From contig JABHSK010000008.1 of the NCBI GenBank assembly GCA_018669975.1, positions 2,622 through 66,621 on the forward strand: 64,000 nucleotides of DNA, in the 5' to 3' direction. The notes under the pieces are model-generated. The model had not been told where the DNA came from. It made no database searches and worked only from the letters and a program-made list of their open reading frames with translations. Positions 31,180 to 41,546 of this stretch are shown here, one piece after another. The DNA is from Candidatus Parcubacteria bacterium. GTDB taxonomy: Bacteria; Patescibacteriota; Patescibacteriia; UBA1558; GWA2-36-10. Numbering within the stretch: position 1 is the stretch's first letter; each line of letters opens with the position of its first letter. Both the position numbers and the translations under genes were made by a program.

Positions 31180-33582
31180 ATGGCAAAGAAAAAATCTATT
31201 CTATGGTTTAATCAAATAAGTAATACAGACGTACCTAAGGTTGGTGGTAAAAATGCATCTCTAGGAGAGATGTATAGTAAGCTAACAAAAAAAGGTGTGG
31301 CTATCCCAAATGGTTTTGCGGTTACTGCCGATGCTTATGATGATTTTGTTACTACCACAGGAGTTAAAAAAGAAATCAGGAGAATTCTAAAAGGTTTGAA
31401 TACTCACGACATACGTGATTTACAGGCAAAAGCTAAGGCGGTTAGGCAGGCAATTTTGCAAGCAGATTTTCCAGAAGATCTAGAGCAAGACATTATTAAA
31501 GCTTACGAAAAGTTATCAAAAGAATTTAAGAAAAAAGATGTTGATGTAGCTGTTAGAAGCTCTGCTACAGCTGAAGACTTACCAGATGCTTCTTTTGCTG
31601 GTCAGCAGGATACCTATTTGAATGTCGAAGGCGCAGAAGAACTTTTAGATGCTTGTAAGAGATGCATGGCTTCGCTTTTTACAGATCGAGCTATATCCTA
31701 TCGTACTGATAAGGGCTTTAGTCATTTTAAAGTAAAATTATCTATCACCATACAGAAAATGGTACGCTCAGACAAGGCTACTTCTGGCGTGATGTTTTCT
31801 ATTGATACAGAATCTGGGTTTAAAGACGCGGTGCTTATTAACTCTATTTATGGCTTGGGAGAGTACATTGTACAAGGTGCGGTTAATCCAGATGAATATT
31901 ATGTATTCAAACCAACTCTAGCCAAGGGCTTTAATGCTATTATTAGTCGTCGTCTAGGAGAAAAGAGGAAGAAGTTGGTTTATGATAGTAAGGCCAAAAC
32001 CAACATGAAGAGTTTGCCAGTGACCAGAAAAGATCAACACAGGTTTGCTTTATCTGATAAAGAAGTGCATCAGCTGGCTAAATGGGCAGTGACCATTGAA
32101 GAACATTATAAAAAGCCAATGGATATGGAATGGGCTAAGGATGGTTTTACTGGCAAGTTATACATTGTTCAAGCTAGACCAGAGACTGTTCGCTCACAGG
32201 ATGATCCAAATACTTTGACAGAATATAAATTAAAGGAGCACGGAAAGCTTTTAACTATTGGAGCTTCCGTTGGCAACAAGATTGGTCAGGGTAAGGCACA
32301 CATCATTAGAGATGTTAAAGATATTCATAAATTTAAGGAAGGCGAGGTCTTAATTACAGAAATGACAGACCCAGATTGGGAGCCGATTATGAAAATTGCC
32401 GCAGCAATTGTCACTGAGTCTGGTGGTCGAACTTGTCACGCAGCTATCATTTCTCGTGAGTTAGGCATTCCTTGTGTTGTTGGTACTAGAGACGCCACTA
32501 AAAAGATCAAAGATAAACAAAATATCACAGTGTCTTGTGTAGAGGGCGAAAAGGGATTTGTATATAATGGTTTACTTGATTTTGACGTAACCAAACATAA
32601 TCTTAAGAATTTCAAGAAGTCCAAAACTAAAGTCATGATGAATGTTGGTAATCCAGAAATGGCCATGGCCCAAAGCTTTATTCCTAACGAAGGTGTCGGT
32701 TTAGCCCGTGAGGAATTCATTATTTCTAATTACATTCGTATTCATCCTTTGGCCTTGCTAAACTTTTCTAAAGTTAAAGATGCAAAAGCCAAAAAGATTA
32801 TTGAAAATCACACAGCCGCCTATAAGAGTAAACCACAATTTTTTATAGATAAATTAGCTGAGGGTGTAGCTCGTATTGCCGCTAGTTTTTATCCCAAAGA
32901 TGTAATCATGAGATTGTCCGATTTTAAATCAAATGAATACGCTAGTCTGATCGGCGGAGAGCAGTTTGAGCCCGAAGAAAGAAATCCAATGATTGGTTGG
33001 CGTGGAGCTAGTAGGTATTATAGTCCAAAATATTTACCAGCCTTTATACTAGAGTGCAAAGCTCTAACTAAGGTGCGTAAAGAAATGGGTCTTAAAAATT
33101 TAAAAATCATGGTTCCATTTTGCCGAACCATAGAAGAAGGTAAAAAGGTTCTCAAGATTATGGCAGACAATGGCTTAAAGCGAGGGGTGGATGGATTAGA
33201 GGTTTATGTGATGTGCGAGATTCCATCCAACGTTATTTTAGCTGATGAGTTCTCTAAAATTTTTGACGGATTTTCTATTGGTTCCAACGATTTAACACAG
33301 TTAGTGCTTGGTGTTGATCGTGATAGTGAATTGGTTGCCCATGTCTATGATGAGAGAAATGAAGCGGTCAAAAGTATGGTCAGGCAAGTTATTGCAGCTG
33401 CTAGAAAGAATAAGAGGAAAATTGGTATCTGTGGGCAAGCGCCATCAGACTTTCCAGACTTTGCTCAATTTTTAGTAGAAGAAAATATTGATTCCATTTC
33501 TTTGATCCCAGATACAGTCATTAAAACTATGTTAGCTATTAAAAAAACAGAGAGTAAGAAAAAAAGAAAAAAGAAAAAATAA
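31180..33582 (+). CDS. ppsA: Phosphoenolpyruvate synthase
   Basis: VGGKNASLGE, VRSSATAED, GGRTCHAAI, SIGSNDLTQ, GICGQAPS. Confidence 0.97.
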   Translation: MAKKKSILWFNQISNTDVPKVGGKNASLGEMYSKLTKKGVAIPNGFAVTADAYDDFVTTTGVKKEIRRILKGLNTHDIRDLQAKAKAVRQAILQADFPEDLEQDIIKAYEKLSKEFKKKDVDVAVRSSATAEDLPDASFAGQQDTYLNVEGAEELLDACKRCMASLFTDRAISYRTDKGFSHFKVKLSITIQKMVRSDKATSGVMFSIDTESGFKDAVLINSIYGLGEYIVQGAVNPDEYYVFKPTLAKGFNAIISRRLGEKRKKLVYDSKAKTNMKSLPVTRKDQHRFALSDKEVHQLAKWAVTIEEHYKKPMDMEWAKDGFTGKLYIVQARPETVRSQDDPNTLTEYKLKEHGKLLTIGASVGNKIGQGKAHIIRDVKDIHKFKEGEVLITEMTDPDWEPIMKIAAAIVTESGGRTCHAAIISRELGIPCVVGTRDATKKIKDKQNITVSCVEGEKGFVYNGLLDFDVTKHNLKNFKKSKTKVMMNVGNPEMAMAQSFIPNEGVGLAREEFIISNYIRIHPLALLNFSKVKDAKAKKIIENHTAAYKSKPQFFIDKLAEGVARIAASFYPKDVIMRLSDFKSNEYASLIGGEQFEPEERNPMIGWRGASRYYSPKYLPAFILECKALTKVRKEMGLKNLKIMVPFCRTIEEGKKVLKIMADNGLKRGVDGLEVYVMCEIPSNVILADEFSKIFDGFSIGSNDLTQLVLGVDRDSELVAHVYDERNEAVKSMVRQVIAAARKNKRKIGICGQAPSDFPDFAQFLVEENIDSISLIPDTVIKTMLAIKKTESKKKRKKKK

Positions 33583-33662
33583 TTTAATATTATATAAAAA
33601 GGGTGTCTAGGCACTCTTTTTATTATTGACTAAAAAGGCAAGAAAAATTATACTTTATCCAT

Positions 33663-35249
33663 ATGAATGAAGGAAAAATTTTCAAAGAACCAGTTAATCC
33701 CGATCAGGACATAGTTAGTTCTGAAAAGATACCATTGGCTGATGATTATATAGAAACCTTGCAAGCCGAGGGGCTAGAAGGGCATGCGGAGGCTTACCAA
33801 AAAGTGATAGAATTATCACAAGCTGTTGGTGAGGCTGGCGGTCGTTCTCTTTTAGTTGGCGGTAGTGTCAGAGATATGGTCTTTGGTAAAATTTCTAAAG
33901 ATTACGATATTGAGATTTATGGCTTGGAGGCCCAACAGGTTGAAGAGATAGTAGCTAGATTTGGCAAAGTATCTGATGTTGGCAAAGCTTTTGGTATTTT
34001 AAAAATATTTCTCGGACAGGGTATAGATATTGATGTGTCTTTACCAAGAACAGATTCTAAAATAGGTGAGGGACATCGGGGTTTTGAAGTTAAGACTGAT
34101 CCGAATATGAGTATTGCTGAAGCTGCTAAGCGTCGTGATTTTACGATGAATTCTGTAGCCGCCGATCCTTTGACTGGTGAACTATTTGATGCCTATGGTG
34201 GTGTGGAGGATATTAAAAATAGGACGCTAAAGATTACTGATCCAGAGAGGTTTCGTGATGATCCACTACGTGTCATGAGAGCCTTGCAATTTATTGGACG
34301 TTTTGGTTTACAGTTAGATCCAGACAGCGCTAAGATTATCCAGGAGATGACACCAGAGTTAAAAGAGTTACCAAAGGAAAGAATTTTTGAAGAGTGGAAA
34401 AAATTATTATTGAAGTCAAGTAAACCATCTTTAGGCTTAGCAGCCGGGATGACTTTGGGAGTTTTCAAAGAGTTGCACCCTGAATTTCCACCTTTAGCTA
34501 AAACAGAACAAGATCCAGAGTGGCACCCAGAGGGAGACGCCTGGATACACACCTTAATGACAGTTGATGAAGCAGCTCAGATAACACGAGAAGAAAATTT
34601 AGATAGTAAGGAAAGTTTGACTGTTATGCTGGCGACCCTGTGTCATGATTTAGGTAAGGCTGATACTACAGAAATAAAAGATGGACGGATTATTTCACAT
34701 GGTCATGAGCAGGCTGGTGGAGAACCTACTAAAGAATTTTTGAATTCAGTTGGAGCTGATAAGCTAACTAAACAAAAAGTTAAACAACTTGTAGAAAATC
34801 ATTTGATGCCAACTATGTTGTATATCAATGCGGTTGTTAAACAAGAAAAAGTTAGTGATGGAGCAATTCGTCGTTTAGCCAAGCGTATTTATCCAGCTAC
34901 TATCAATGAATTGGTTTTAGTGGCTCAAGCTGATCATGCAGGCCGAGGACCATATATGGATCCAAAGCATCCAGAGCAATATTTAATGCCAGATGGATTC
35001 CCAGCAAAAAAGTGGTTACTAAAAAAAGCTAGAGAATTAGCAGTAGAAGATAGTAAGCCAGCAGATTTGTTAGCAGGTAGAGATTTAATTGCCACTGGTT
35101 TGAAGCCTGGTAAGGATTTTGGTCAGTTGATAGAGTTGGCTAATAGATTGCGTGACGAGAAAGATTTTGATAAGCGTCGTGTTTTGCAAGCCTTGTATGA
35201 AATTATTGATAATGCGCAGGCTATTGTAAAGTTGAGCTCTTTGTTGTAA
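33663..35249 (+). CDS. tRNA nucleotidyltransferase (CCA/A-adding) with HD domain
   Basis: VGGSVRD, DYD, RRDFTMN, DDPLRVMR, HPEGD..HT, CHDLGK. Confidence 0.9.
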   Translation: MNEGKIFKEPVNPDQDIVSSEKIPLADDYIETLQAEGLEGHAEAYQKVIELSQAVGEAGGRSLLVGGSVRDMVFGKISKDYDIEIYGLEAQQVEEIVARFGKVSDVGKAFGILKIFLGQGIDIDVSLPRTDSKIGEGHRGFEVKTDPNMSIAEAAKRRDFTMNSVAADPLTGELFDAYGGVEDIKNRTLKITDPERFRDDPLRVMRALQFIGRFGLQLDPDSAKIIQEMTPELKELPKERIFEEWKKLLLKSSKPSLGLAAGMTLGVFKELHPEFPPLAKTEQDPEWHPEGDAWIHTLMTVDEAAQITREENLDSKESLTVMLATLCHDLGKADTTEIKDGRIISHGHEQAGGEPTKEFLNSVGADKLTKQKVKQLVENHLMPTMLYINAVVKQEKVSDGAIRRLAKRIYPATINELVLVAQADHAGRGPYMDPKHPEQYLMPDGFPAKKWLLKKARELAVEDSKPADLLAGRDLIATGLKPGKDFGQLIELANRLRDEKDFDKRRVLQALYEIIDNAQAIVKLSSLL

Positions 35250-35262
35250 TATATTCTTTCGT

Positions 35263-35353
35263 GGAGAGGTCGCATAGTTGGTCTAGTGCGCCCGCTTGGA
35301 AAGCGGGTAGAGTGTCAAAACTCTCGCAGGTTCGAATCCTGTCCTCTCCGCCA
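35263..35353 (+). tRNA. tRNA-Ser(GGA), long variable arm, encoded CCA
   Basis: GGAGAGG acceptor / CCTCTCC-GCCA; anticodon stem CCCGC-TTGGAAA-GCGGG; GGTTCGAATCC T-arm. Confidence 0.96.
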
Positions 35354-35455
35354 CATCGTGTCAGCACAATAATATATTTACACTAATCATTCCAAAGAAA
35401 GGGGTGATTTTTATTATCATCTGAGCTTAGAAAAAGTAATTTTTTTGAGGGCCAC

Positions 35456-35630
35456 TTTACAAATTTATATACATAAGGTATTGTAAATTAGATGAAACAA
35501 ATCAAACAAAATTTTAACTCTTTGAAGCATAATGCTTATTACAGCGCTTATATTGTTAAGCGGTGATTTGTTATTTATAACTTTATAATATTAGATACTA
35601 GTTCGTCGCTTACCAATAAGCGGCTTTTTT
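35456..35630 (+). promoter_or_regulatory. Promoter + putative leader-peptide attenuator (uORF 35492-35566)
   Basis: TTTACA-17-TATTGT; uORF MKQIKQNFNSLKHNAYYSAYIVKR*; hairpin CGCTTA/TAAGCG at 35545-62; terminator GTCGCTTA-CCAA-TAAGCGGC-T6 at 35605-30. Confidence 0.6.
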
Positions 35631-35678
35631 GTTCTTTGCAATGCTTACTATAAGTAAGCCAAAAACGGAGGTAGGTTG

Positions 35679-36239
35679 ATGATGGATACTTTAATTTTGG
35701 TTTCTGGACTTCCAGGAGCAGGGAAGACAACGGTAGCCAAAAAACTGGCTTATCGGCTAGGAGATCAAGCTATACATTTTGATATCGATGACATAAAGAG
35801 AGGGGTTGTTGTCGATAGCGTAGCGCTTGAGAATGATATTGACCCAGATGAAATACGTTGGGTTTATTATCAGGAAGCCCTGAACCTTACTCATAGAACG
35901 TTTGAGGAAGGTGTATACAATTGCGTTATCATGGACGAGGTTTTTCACAGCAAAGAACTTCGTACAAGAATAAGTGATTGGTGTATTTGTCAGGGCGTAC
36001 AATCCCAGTGGGTTGTTGTGCAGTGTTCATATGAGGTGATTGAGCGTCGTCTCAATAGTAATCCCCGGGATGGGCATATTCTCACGGCCGAACAATGCTT
36101 AAAACTTAATCGTAGATTCGAAGAGTTATTTGATGAATTTACGATTGAAGAATCTGTCACTGTTATAAATAGTGACGGAAAGCATGTGTCTAATTTTGAC
36201 ATGTCCAAAATTAGACAGTCTAAAGTTCCGCCACTTTAG
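35679..36239 (+). CDS. P-loop kinase (AAA_33/NMP-kinase-like)
   Basis: SGLPGAGKTT Walker A, D.IKR, IERRL..R lid; GGAGGT SD at 35667-72. Confidence 0.85.
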   Translation: MMDTLILVSGLPGAGKTTVAKKLAYRLGDQAIHFDIDDIKRGVVVDSVALENDIDPDEIRWVYYQEALNLTHRTFEEGVYNCVIMDEVFHSKELRTRISDWCICQGVQSQWVVVQCSYEVIERRLNSNPRDGHILTAEQCLKLNRRFEELFDEFTIEESVTVINSDGKHVSNFDMSKIRQSKVPPL

Positions 36240-36305
36240 ATATTTTACACCTGTGCTCCCTCTTTTTAGAGGGAGCCAACCAACTTAAAAATGTAAAACA
36301 ATATT

Positions 36306-37019
36306 ATGATTTCACAAAAACAAATTAAAGAAATTAAACAGATTGGTCTAAAAATAGACCACGACGTTTCTTTTAATGGAAAATCAAAAGGTAATAATCA
36401 TTTACAAAGAACAGTAAATTTAGCAAGTCATATTGCAAAAAAAGTAGGAGCAAATTTACAGGTTGTTGTAGCTGCAGCATGGCTTCATGATACGGCACTT
36501 CCGACAGGAGATGATTATAATTACAAAAATAATTTACAGATCGTTAAAGATATATTAAAAGATATCACTCTGTCAGAAGATGATAGAAATGCAGTTGCAG
36601 AGTGCGTTGCTTCACACGAGGGAACAAAGATTCCGGAATCATTAGAAGCAAAGGTAGTGCATGATGCAGATGTATTAGAAAAAGTTGGTATATTAGGATT
36701 AATTAGACATACTTGGAAGATGACTAATCTTAAAAATATTGATTCAGAAAAAATTATATCTGATGATCTTAAAAAAATTATCGAACACATTGAATGGAGG
36801 AAGAATATGCTTCAGTTAGAAGAATCAAAAAATATTGCTAAAAATTTAACAATAGAAATTGATAATAATATTATTTTGAAGCTTATAGAACGTTCTGCGC
36901 AGATGGCTAATAAAGGAGTAATAACGGAAAAAATTGCCGTAACATTAAAAGATATATTGAATAAAAACCAATTATTAATATTAGAAAAACAATTAAATCA
37001 AAAATATTTAACAATATAA
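36306..37019 (+). CDS. HD-domain phosphohydrolase
   Basis: H..R, WLHD, ASH, VHDADVLE. Confidence 0.85.
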   Translation: MISQKQIKEIKQIGLKIDHDVSFNGKSKGNNHLQRTVNLASHIAKKVGANLQVVVAAAWLHDTALPTGDDYNYKNNLQIVKDILKDITLSEDDRNAVAECVASHEGTKIPESLEAKVVHDADVLEKVGILGLIRHTWKMTNLKNIDSEKIISDDLKKIIEHIEWRKNMLQLEESKNIAKNLTIEIDNNIILKLIERSAQMANKGVITEKIAVTLKDILNKNQLLILEKQLNQKYLTI

Positions 37020-37122
37020 TATTAATTTTAAAGAAAAACCTTATCGTCTAGCGGAGAGTTTTTGTTTTACACTTATCGTTATTTATTGTAGAATTTAAGT
37101 ACTTTTATCATTGAAAAATATT

Positions 37123-37830
37123 ATGCTACAAAGATTAATATCAGCAGGAGAGTACTCCATTGAACAGGTATTATCTAAGGCCTGGAGACTTTACAAGGAT
37201 AATTTTAAATTGATTTTAAAAATTATTGTAGTTGTTTATTTGCCTATTAATATTGTCCTGGGCATGATACCTGTTGGAGACACTGCAGAGGATGCAAGGT
37301 ATTATATGACTATAGTGCAAACACTAGAAGGTTTATTTGGTATTGTGGCGGTTATGGCGGTTACTTTTGTAGCAAAATATAAGATTGATAACAAAAAAAT
37401 AGATTTTCAAAAAGCCTTTGAAAAATCTTTTTCTCGATGGTGGCCAGTTGTTTGGACAAATATAGTAGCCGGAGTCTTTTTGCTAGGCTTATTTTTATTA
37501 TTAGTGGTGCCTGGTATTATTTTTTCAGTCTACTGGATATTTATTATTTATATAGCAATTTTATTTGATAAAACAGGTAAGGAAGCCCTAGATAGAAGTA
37601 AGGCAATTGTTAAGGGTAGGTGGTGGACAACTTTCTTGTATACTCTTATTTTAACCTTACTGTTTTTCTTGGCTGTAGCAATTGGGTCCTCATTAACCTA
37701 TTTATCAGGTACCTATATATTTAATCTAATTATTGAAATGTTACTGGATGTAGTCGGCGCCTATTTTATGGTAGCCTGGACTATACTTTTTCTCAATTTT
37801 GATAAAACTAAAAAAAAGGCAGTTAAATAA
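37123..37830 (+). CDS. Multi-TM membrane protein (GDPD membrane-domain-like)
   Basis: LLLVVPGII, ALDRS..VKGRWW pattern; start uncertain (TTG 37111 or ATG 37123). Confidence 0.7.
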   Translation: MLQRLISAGEYSIEQVLSKAWRLYKDNFKLILKIIVVVYLPINIVLGMIPVGDTAEDARYYMTIVQTLEGLFGIVAVMAVTFVAKYKIDNKKIDFQKAFEKSFSRWWPVVWTNIVAGVFLLGLFLLLVVPGIIFSVYWIFIIYIAILFDKTGKEALDRSKAIVKGRWWTTFLYTLILTLLFFLAVAIGSSLTYLSGTYIFNLIIEMLLDVVGAYFMVAWTILFLNFDKTKKKAVK

Positions 37831-37836
37831 TTTTTT

Positions 37837-38556
37837 ATGCAGCATAGGTACAACCCAGATTATATTCATCATCGTGATTCAAAATTAATCTCAAGCATGA
37901 GAGAGGTGGTTTTTGGAATGGAGGATGGTATGGTTTCTACCCTAGGCGCGGTTACTGGTATTGCCGTGGGCAGTCAGGATCCTTTTACTGTTATTTTGGC
38001 TGGTTGTGTTATTATTGCAGTAGAATCTATCTCCATGGGCATGGGTTCTTATATATCAAGTTTGTCAGAGCAAGATATTAGGACGAGGATGTTGTATGAA
38101 GAGAAGATGGAGATAGATGAGTTCCCCTTTGAAGAAGAAAGGGAGTTGCAGGGCATGTATATAGAGGATGGCTGGCCAAAGAAACTAGCAGCAGAGATGT
38201 CCAGGGTAGCCAAAGGAAATAAAAATCTTATGCTGCAGGAAATGGCTTATAGAGAGTTGAATTTTTCTATGAAAGAAAAGAAGCACCCGTGGCGCAATGG
38301 CATCTTCATGTTTTTTGCCTATATAGTGGGTGGTCTAATTCCTTTATTTGCTTATTTTATGGCACCGATTAATACAGCTACCAAGATTTCAGTGGTGATT
38401 ACATTACTTGGTTTGTTTACTCTAGGTGCGGCCACTACTAAATATACCAAAGGAAACTGGATTAAAATGGGCTTTAGAATTTTAATCTTAGGAAGCATTG
38501 CCCTGTTAATGGGTTATTTTATAGGTAAGTTAGCCACTGTTATAAACTTAACATAA
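37837..38556 (+). CDS. VIT1/CCC1 family Fe/Mn transporter
   Basis: REVVFGMEDGMVS, SISMGMGSY, GGLIPL. Confidence 0.9.
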   Translation: MQHRYNPDYIHHRDSKLISSMREVVFGMEDGMVSTLGAVTGIAVGSQDPFTVILAGCVIIAVESISMGMGSYISSLSEQDIRTRMLYEEKMEIDEFPFEEERELQGMYIEDGWPKKLAAEMSRVAKGNKNLMLQEMAYRELNFSMKEKKHPWRNGIFMFFAYIVGGLIPLFAYFMAPINTATKISVVITLLGLFTLGAATTKYTKGNWIKMGFRILILGSIALLMGYFIGKLATVINLT

Positions 38557-38562
38557 AACGAT

Positions 38563-38790
38563 ATGGATATTTTTAAGATAGCTGGAATAGTTGGCTTGGT
38601 GTTGATTTCTATTGGGGTCATTACACAAAAGAAAGAGAGTGAAGATTTGATATATATTTTTGGCGGAGTCTGCCTATTGGTGTATAGTAGTTATATTGGC
38701 GATTTGATATTTATTGTCTTGCAAATAATTTTTATAATATCCGCTGTTTTTCATTTTTTAAAAACAAGAAGAGCAAAGGGTGCTAAATAA
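38563..38790 (+). CDS. Small 3-TM membrane protein
   Basis: Hydrophobic 75-aa ORF in operon context. Confidence 0.7.
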   Translation: MDIFKIAGIVGLVLISIGVITQKKESEDLIYIFGGVCLLVYSSYIGDLIFIVLQIIFIISAVFHFLKTRRAKGAK

Positions 38791-38798
38791 TAATATAT

Positions 38799-39143
38799 AT
38801 GAAGAAAAAAATATTTTTAGTTATAATATCTCTTATTATCATCGGTGGTGGAGTTTATATCTGGCAGCTTAAAAGTTCATTTTGTGTTAATTATGTTTTA
38901 GATGAAACGCACGCGGTTTTTAATAGAGATCAAATTCCCTATAAAGAAGATGGGAAAATGAAGTCTCCCTGGGATAAGTCAGAATTAGAATTAATAGTGA
39001 TTGACCCCGATGATCCTGAGATTATGGACGAGCCTTGGCGTTATGCTTATTATTCTAAAAATGATGACACTTTTTGGATAGCTGAAATGCCAGGAAAATT
39101 TTTACAATGGTTTGGACCATACACTGGGCATCCTTGCGATTAA
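38799..39143 (+). CDS. Hypothetical exported protein
   Basis: N-terminal TM/signal anchor; operon context. Confidence 0.65.
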   Translation: MKKKIFLVIISLIIIGGGVYIWQLKSSFCVNYVLDETHAVFNRDQIPYKEDGKMKSPWDKSELELIVIDPDDPEIMDEPWRYAYYSKNDDTFWIAEMPGKFLQWFGPYTGHPCD

Positions 39144-39203
39144 TAATTATTTAAACTTAATCATATAGAATTTCCTAGACAACCAGAAAACCCCACAGAA
39201 ACG

Positions 39204-39827
39204 ATGGACAGATTGGTTGGTTTTGATGTTCAGAAAGTGGTCGGCAGGCACTATGAGAATTTACCCTACCATAATTTTCAACACGCTTTAAATGTGGTAG
39301 CAGAGTGTCAGAAATTGGTAGAGAAATGCAAAACATACGATGTTCAAGTAGATGAACAAGTTGTTATACTAGCAGCATTATTTCATGACGCGGGTTATCA
39401 TCAAGATCATGAAGAACAGGGTTTTGAATCTAAAGAAGAATACAGTGCTGATATAGCGGAGCAAGAATTAAATAGACTAGGTCTAGAAACAGGGGTTATT
39501 AATTTAGTAAAAGAGTGTATAATAGCCACTCATAGAAACAAGCCATTTGTTTTGGTAGAGCAGAAAGTTTTACGGGCAGCAGATCTGGCAGGCTTAGCAG
39601 GATCATACGAAGACTTTTTATATAATAATGAAATTCTTAAACAGGAGCTGGAAGAGGTGCATCAGCAAGAGATAGGTGACGAAGAATGGAAAGATGTGGT
39701 CGCTAGCCTGATAAAGTTTTATTTGTCACAGGATATAAAACTTACTCCTGAGCATGATGATGAAGAGGGGTTTTCTATTTTTCATCGGCAGGCTCAAGAA
39801 AATCTAGATAGATTTTTAAAAAGATAA
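39204..39827 (+). CDS. HD-domain (PDEase-like) hydrolase
   Basis: LPYHNFQHA, LFHDAG, ATH, AADLA. Confidence 0.85.
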   Translation: MDRLVGFDVQKVVGRHYENLPYHNFQHALNVVAECQKLVEKCKTYDVQVDEQVVILAALFHDAGYHQDHEEQGFESKEEYSADIAEQELNRLGLETGVINLVKECIIATHRNKPFVLVEQKVLRAADLAGLAGSYEDFLYNNEILKQELEEVHQQEIGDEEWKDVVASLIKFYLSQDIKLTPEHDDEEGFSIFHRQAQENLDRFLKR

Positions 39828-39843
39828 AATAACCAAAATAATT

Positions 39844-40767
39844 ATGTCAAAAAACAACGCACCTAAATTTGCTTTTTTCTACTTACTGTCATTGGTGGCC
39901 TTAGTTTTTACATCTGTGTCAGTGGGCATTATAATTTTTCAAATTATAAACAAAGAAATTGTTGATATTATTGATCAATTTCAAGGTAGCTATTCAGACG
40001 GGGCAATGAAATTCGCTATTTCTACTATCATTATCTCCACACCTATTTATTATTTGACTTCACGGCAGATTTATAAAAACTTATTTAAAGGCAACCTTGA
40101 TGAAGAGTCAGGAGTTCGCAAATGGCTAACTTATCTTATATTGTTAGTATCTATTATAGTAATGATTGGTTGGTTGATTGGTATCATCAACGGCTTCCTA
40201 GACGGCGAATTGACCACAAAGTTTATGCTTAAAGGATTAACTGCCTTAGTTATATCTGGTAGTATTTTCTCTTTTTATCTCTACGACATTCGCCGAGAAA
40301 ATATTAAAGGCAAAAAAGACAAGGTGATTAAAGTTTATTTTTACGCTTCCCTACTAGTTATTTTAGTAGCCTTTGTGTCATCTTGGTTCATCGTTGAATC
40401 TCCTGCTGAAACTAGGAAAAGAAAATCAGACCAAAATATTATTAGTGATTTTTACACAATTGATAGTAGTCTGAGTAATTATTATCAGAAGAATGATGTT
40501 CTGCCACAGAGCTTGGATGATTTGGATATGGATAAATATTCAAGGCTAGATTTAGATGATCTGACAAACCCATTTACTGATAAGAAATATGAATATAAAG
40601 TTATCTCTGAAGATGAATATGAGGTATGTACAGATTTTCAAACTTCAAATAAGGAAGAAGAGTATGACCGCTATAAAGATGATCAGTGGCAGCACGAAGT
40701 AGGTTATCAATGTATAGGGCAGAGAGTAATGGATAGAAAACTTAATGATGTTGAAGTGATAAGATAA
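39844..40767 (+). CDS. DUF5671-like membrane protein
   Basis: FFYLLSL, VRKWLTYL.L, F.DGELT..F..K, ESP..R, YEVC..F pattern. Confidence 0.7.
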   Translation: MSKNNAPKFAFFYLLSLVALVFTSVSVGIIIFQIINKEIVDIIDQFQGSYSDGAMKFAISTIIISTPIYYLTSRQIYKNLFKGNLDEESGVRKWLTYLILLVSIIVMIGWLIGIINGFLDGELTTKFMLKGLTALVISGSIFSFYLYDIRRENIKGKKDKVIKVYFYASLLVILVAFVSSWFIVESPAETRKRKSDQNIISDFYTIDSSLSNYYQKNDVLPQSLDDLDMDKYSRLDLDDLTNPFTDKKYEYKVISEDEYEVCTDFQTSNKEEEYDRYKDDQWQHEVGYQCIGQRVMDRKLNDVEVIR

Positions 40768-40770
40768 TAT

Positions 40771-41508
40771 ATGATTAGCAAAACACAATTAAAATTTTTA
40801 ACTTCTTTGAAACAAAAGAAATATCGTCTTGAGCACCAGCAATTTTTAGTTGATAACCCTAAAGTCATTTTTGAAGAAATAAGTAATGATGCTCTAGATA
40901 GTATTTTTGCTACCCAAAAGTTTTTTCAAGCAAACGAAAATAGTATACCAGTTGATTTGTTTGAGACACTACGTGATAGCGATCTTAAAAAAATAACTTC
41001 TAGTGTTACACCACAGGGAATCGTAGCAGTTTTTAATATAGTTGATCCAAAAGAATTTGATATGCGAGATAAAAGTATTTTGCTTTTGGAAAATATTCAG
41101 GATCCCGGCAACATGGGGACTATTATCAGAACAGCAGACTGGTTTGGATTTGAGAATGTTTTTCTCAGTGAGGACTGTGTAGATATTTACAATCCCAAAG
41201 TGGTAGCAGCTAGTATGGGTTCTATTTTTCATATAAATATTTTTCAAGATCTAGATTTAATGGAATTTGCCAAAGAGTTGAAGCAAAATAAATATCGAGT
41301 GATAGTGAGTGACTTAGAGGGTGGTCAGGATAAAATTGACACCAAGAATAAAGCTGCTTTAGTGATTGGCAATGAAGCTCAAGGTGTATCACTAGAATTA
41401 AAGTCCTTGGCAGATACTAAAGTTAAAATTCCTAAAATTGGCCAGGCAGAGTCACTTAATGCAGCCGTGGCAGCCGGTATTTTTATGCACAAAATAAAGC
41501 AACCATAA
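40771..41508 (+). CDS. TrmH/SpoU-family RNA methyltransferase
   Basis: IQDPGNMGTIIRTAD, GNEAQG, ESLNAAVA. Confidence 0.93.
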   Translation: MISKTQLKFLTSLKQKKYRLEHQQFLVDNPKVIFEEISNDALDSIFATQKFFQANENSIPVDLFETLRDSDLKKITSSVTPQGIVAVFNIVDPKEFDMRDKSILLLENIQDPGNMGTIIRTADWFGFENVFLSEDCVDIYNPKVVAASMGSIFHINIFQDLDLMEFAKELKQNKYRVIVSDLEGGQDKIDTKNKAALVIGNEAQGVSLELKSLADTKVKIPKIGQAESLNAAVAAGIFMHKIKQP

Positions 41509-41546
41509 GACTTGATTGAAACGCCCATATGTTGTAGTTTATTGTT

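Noticed and set aside
37050-37060. GCGGAGAG as an att-site remnant of the tRNA-Ser 3' end delimiting an island
   Set aside because: Only 8 bp, inverted rather than direct, and no integrase nearby; it more likely belongs to a degenerate terminator.
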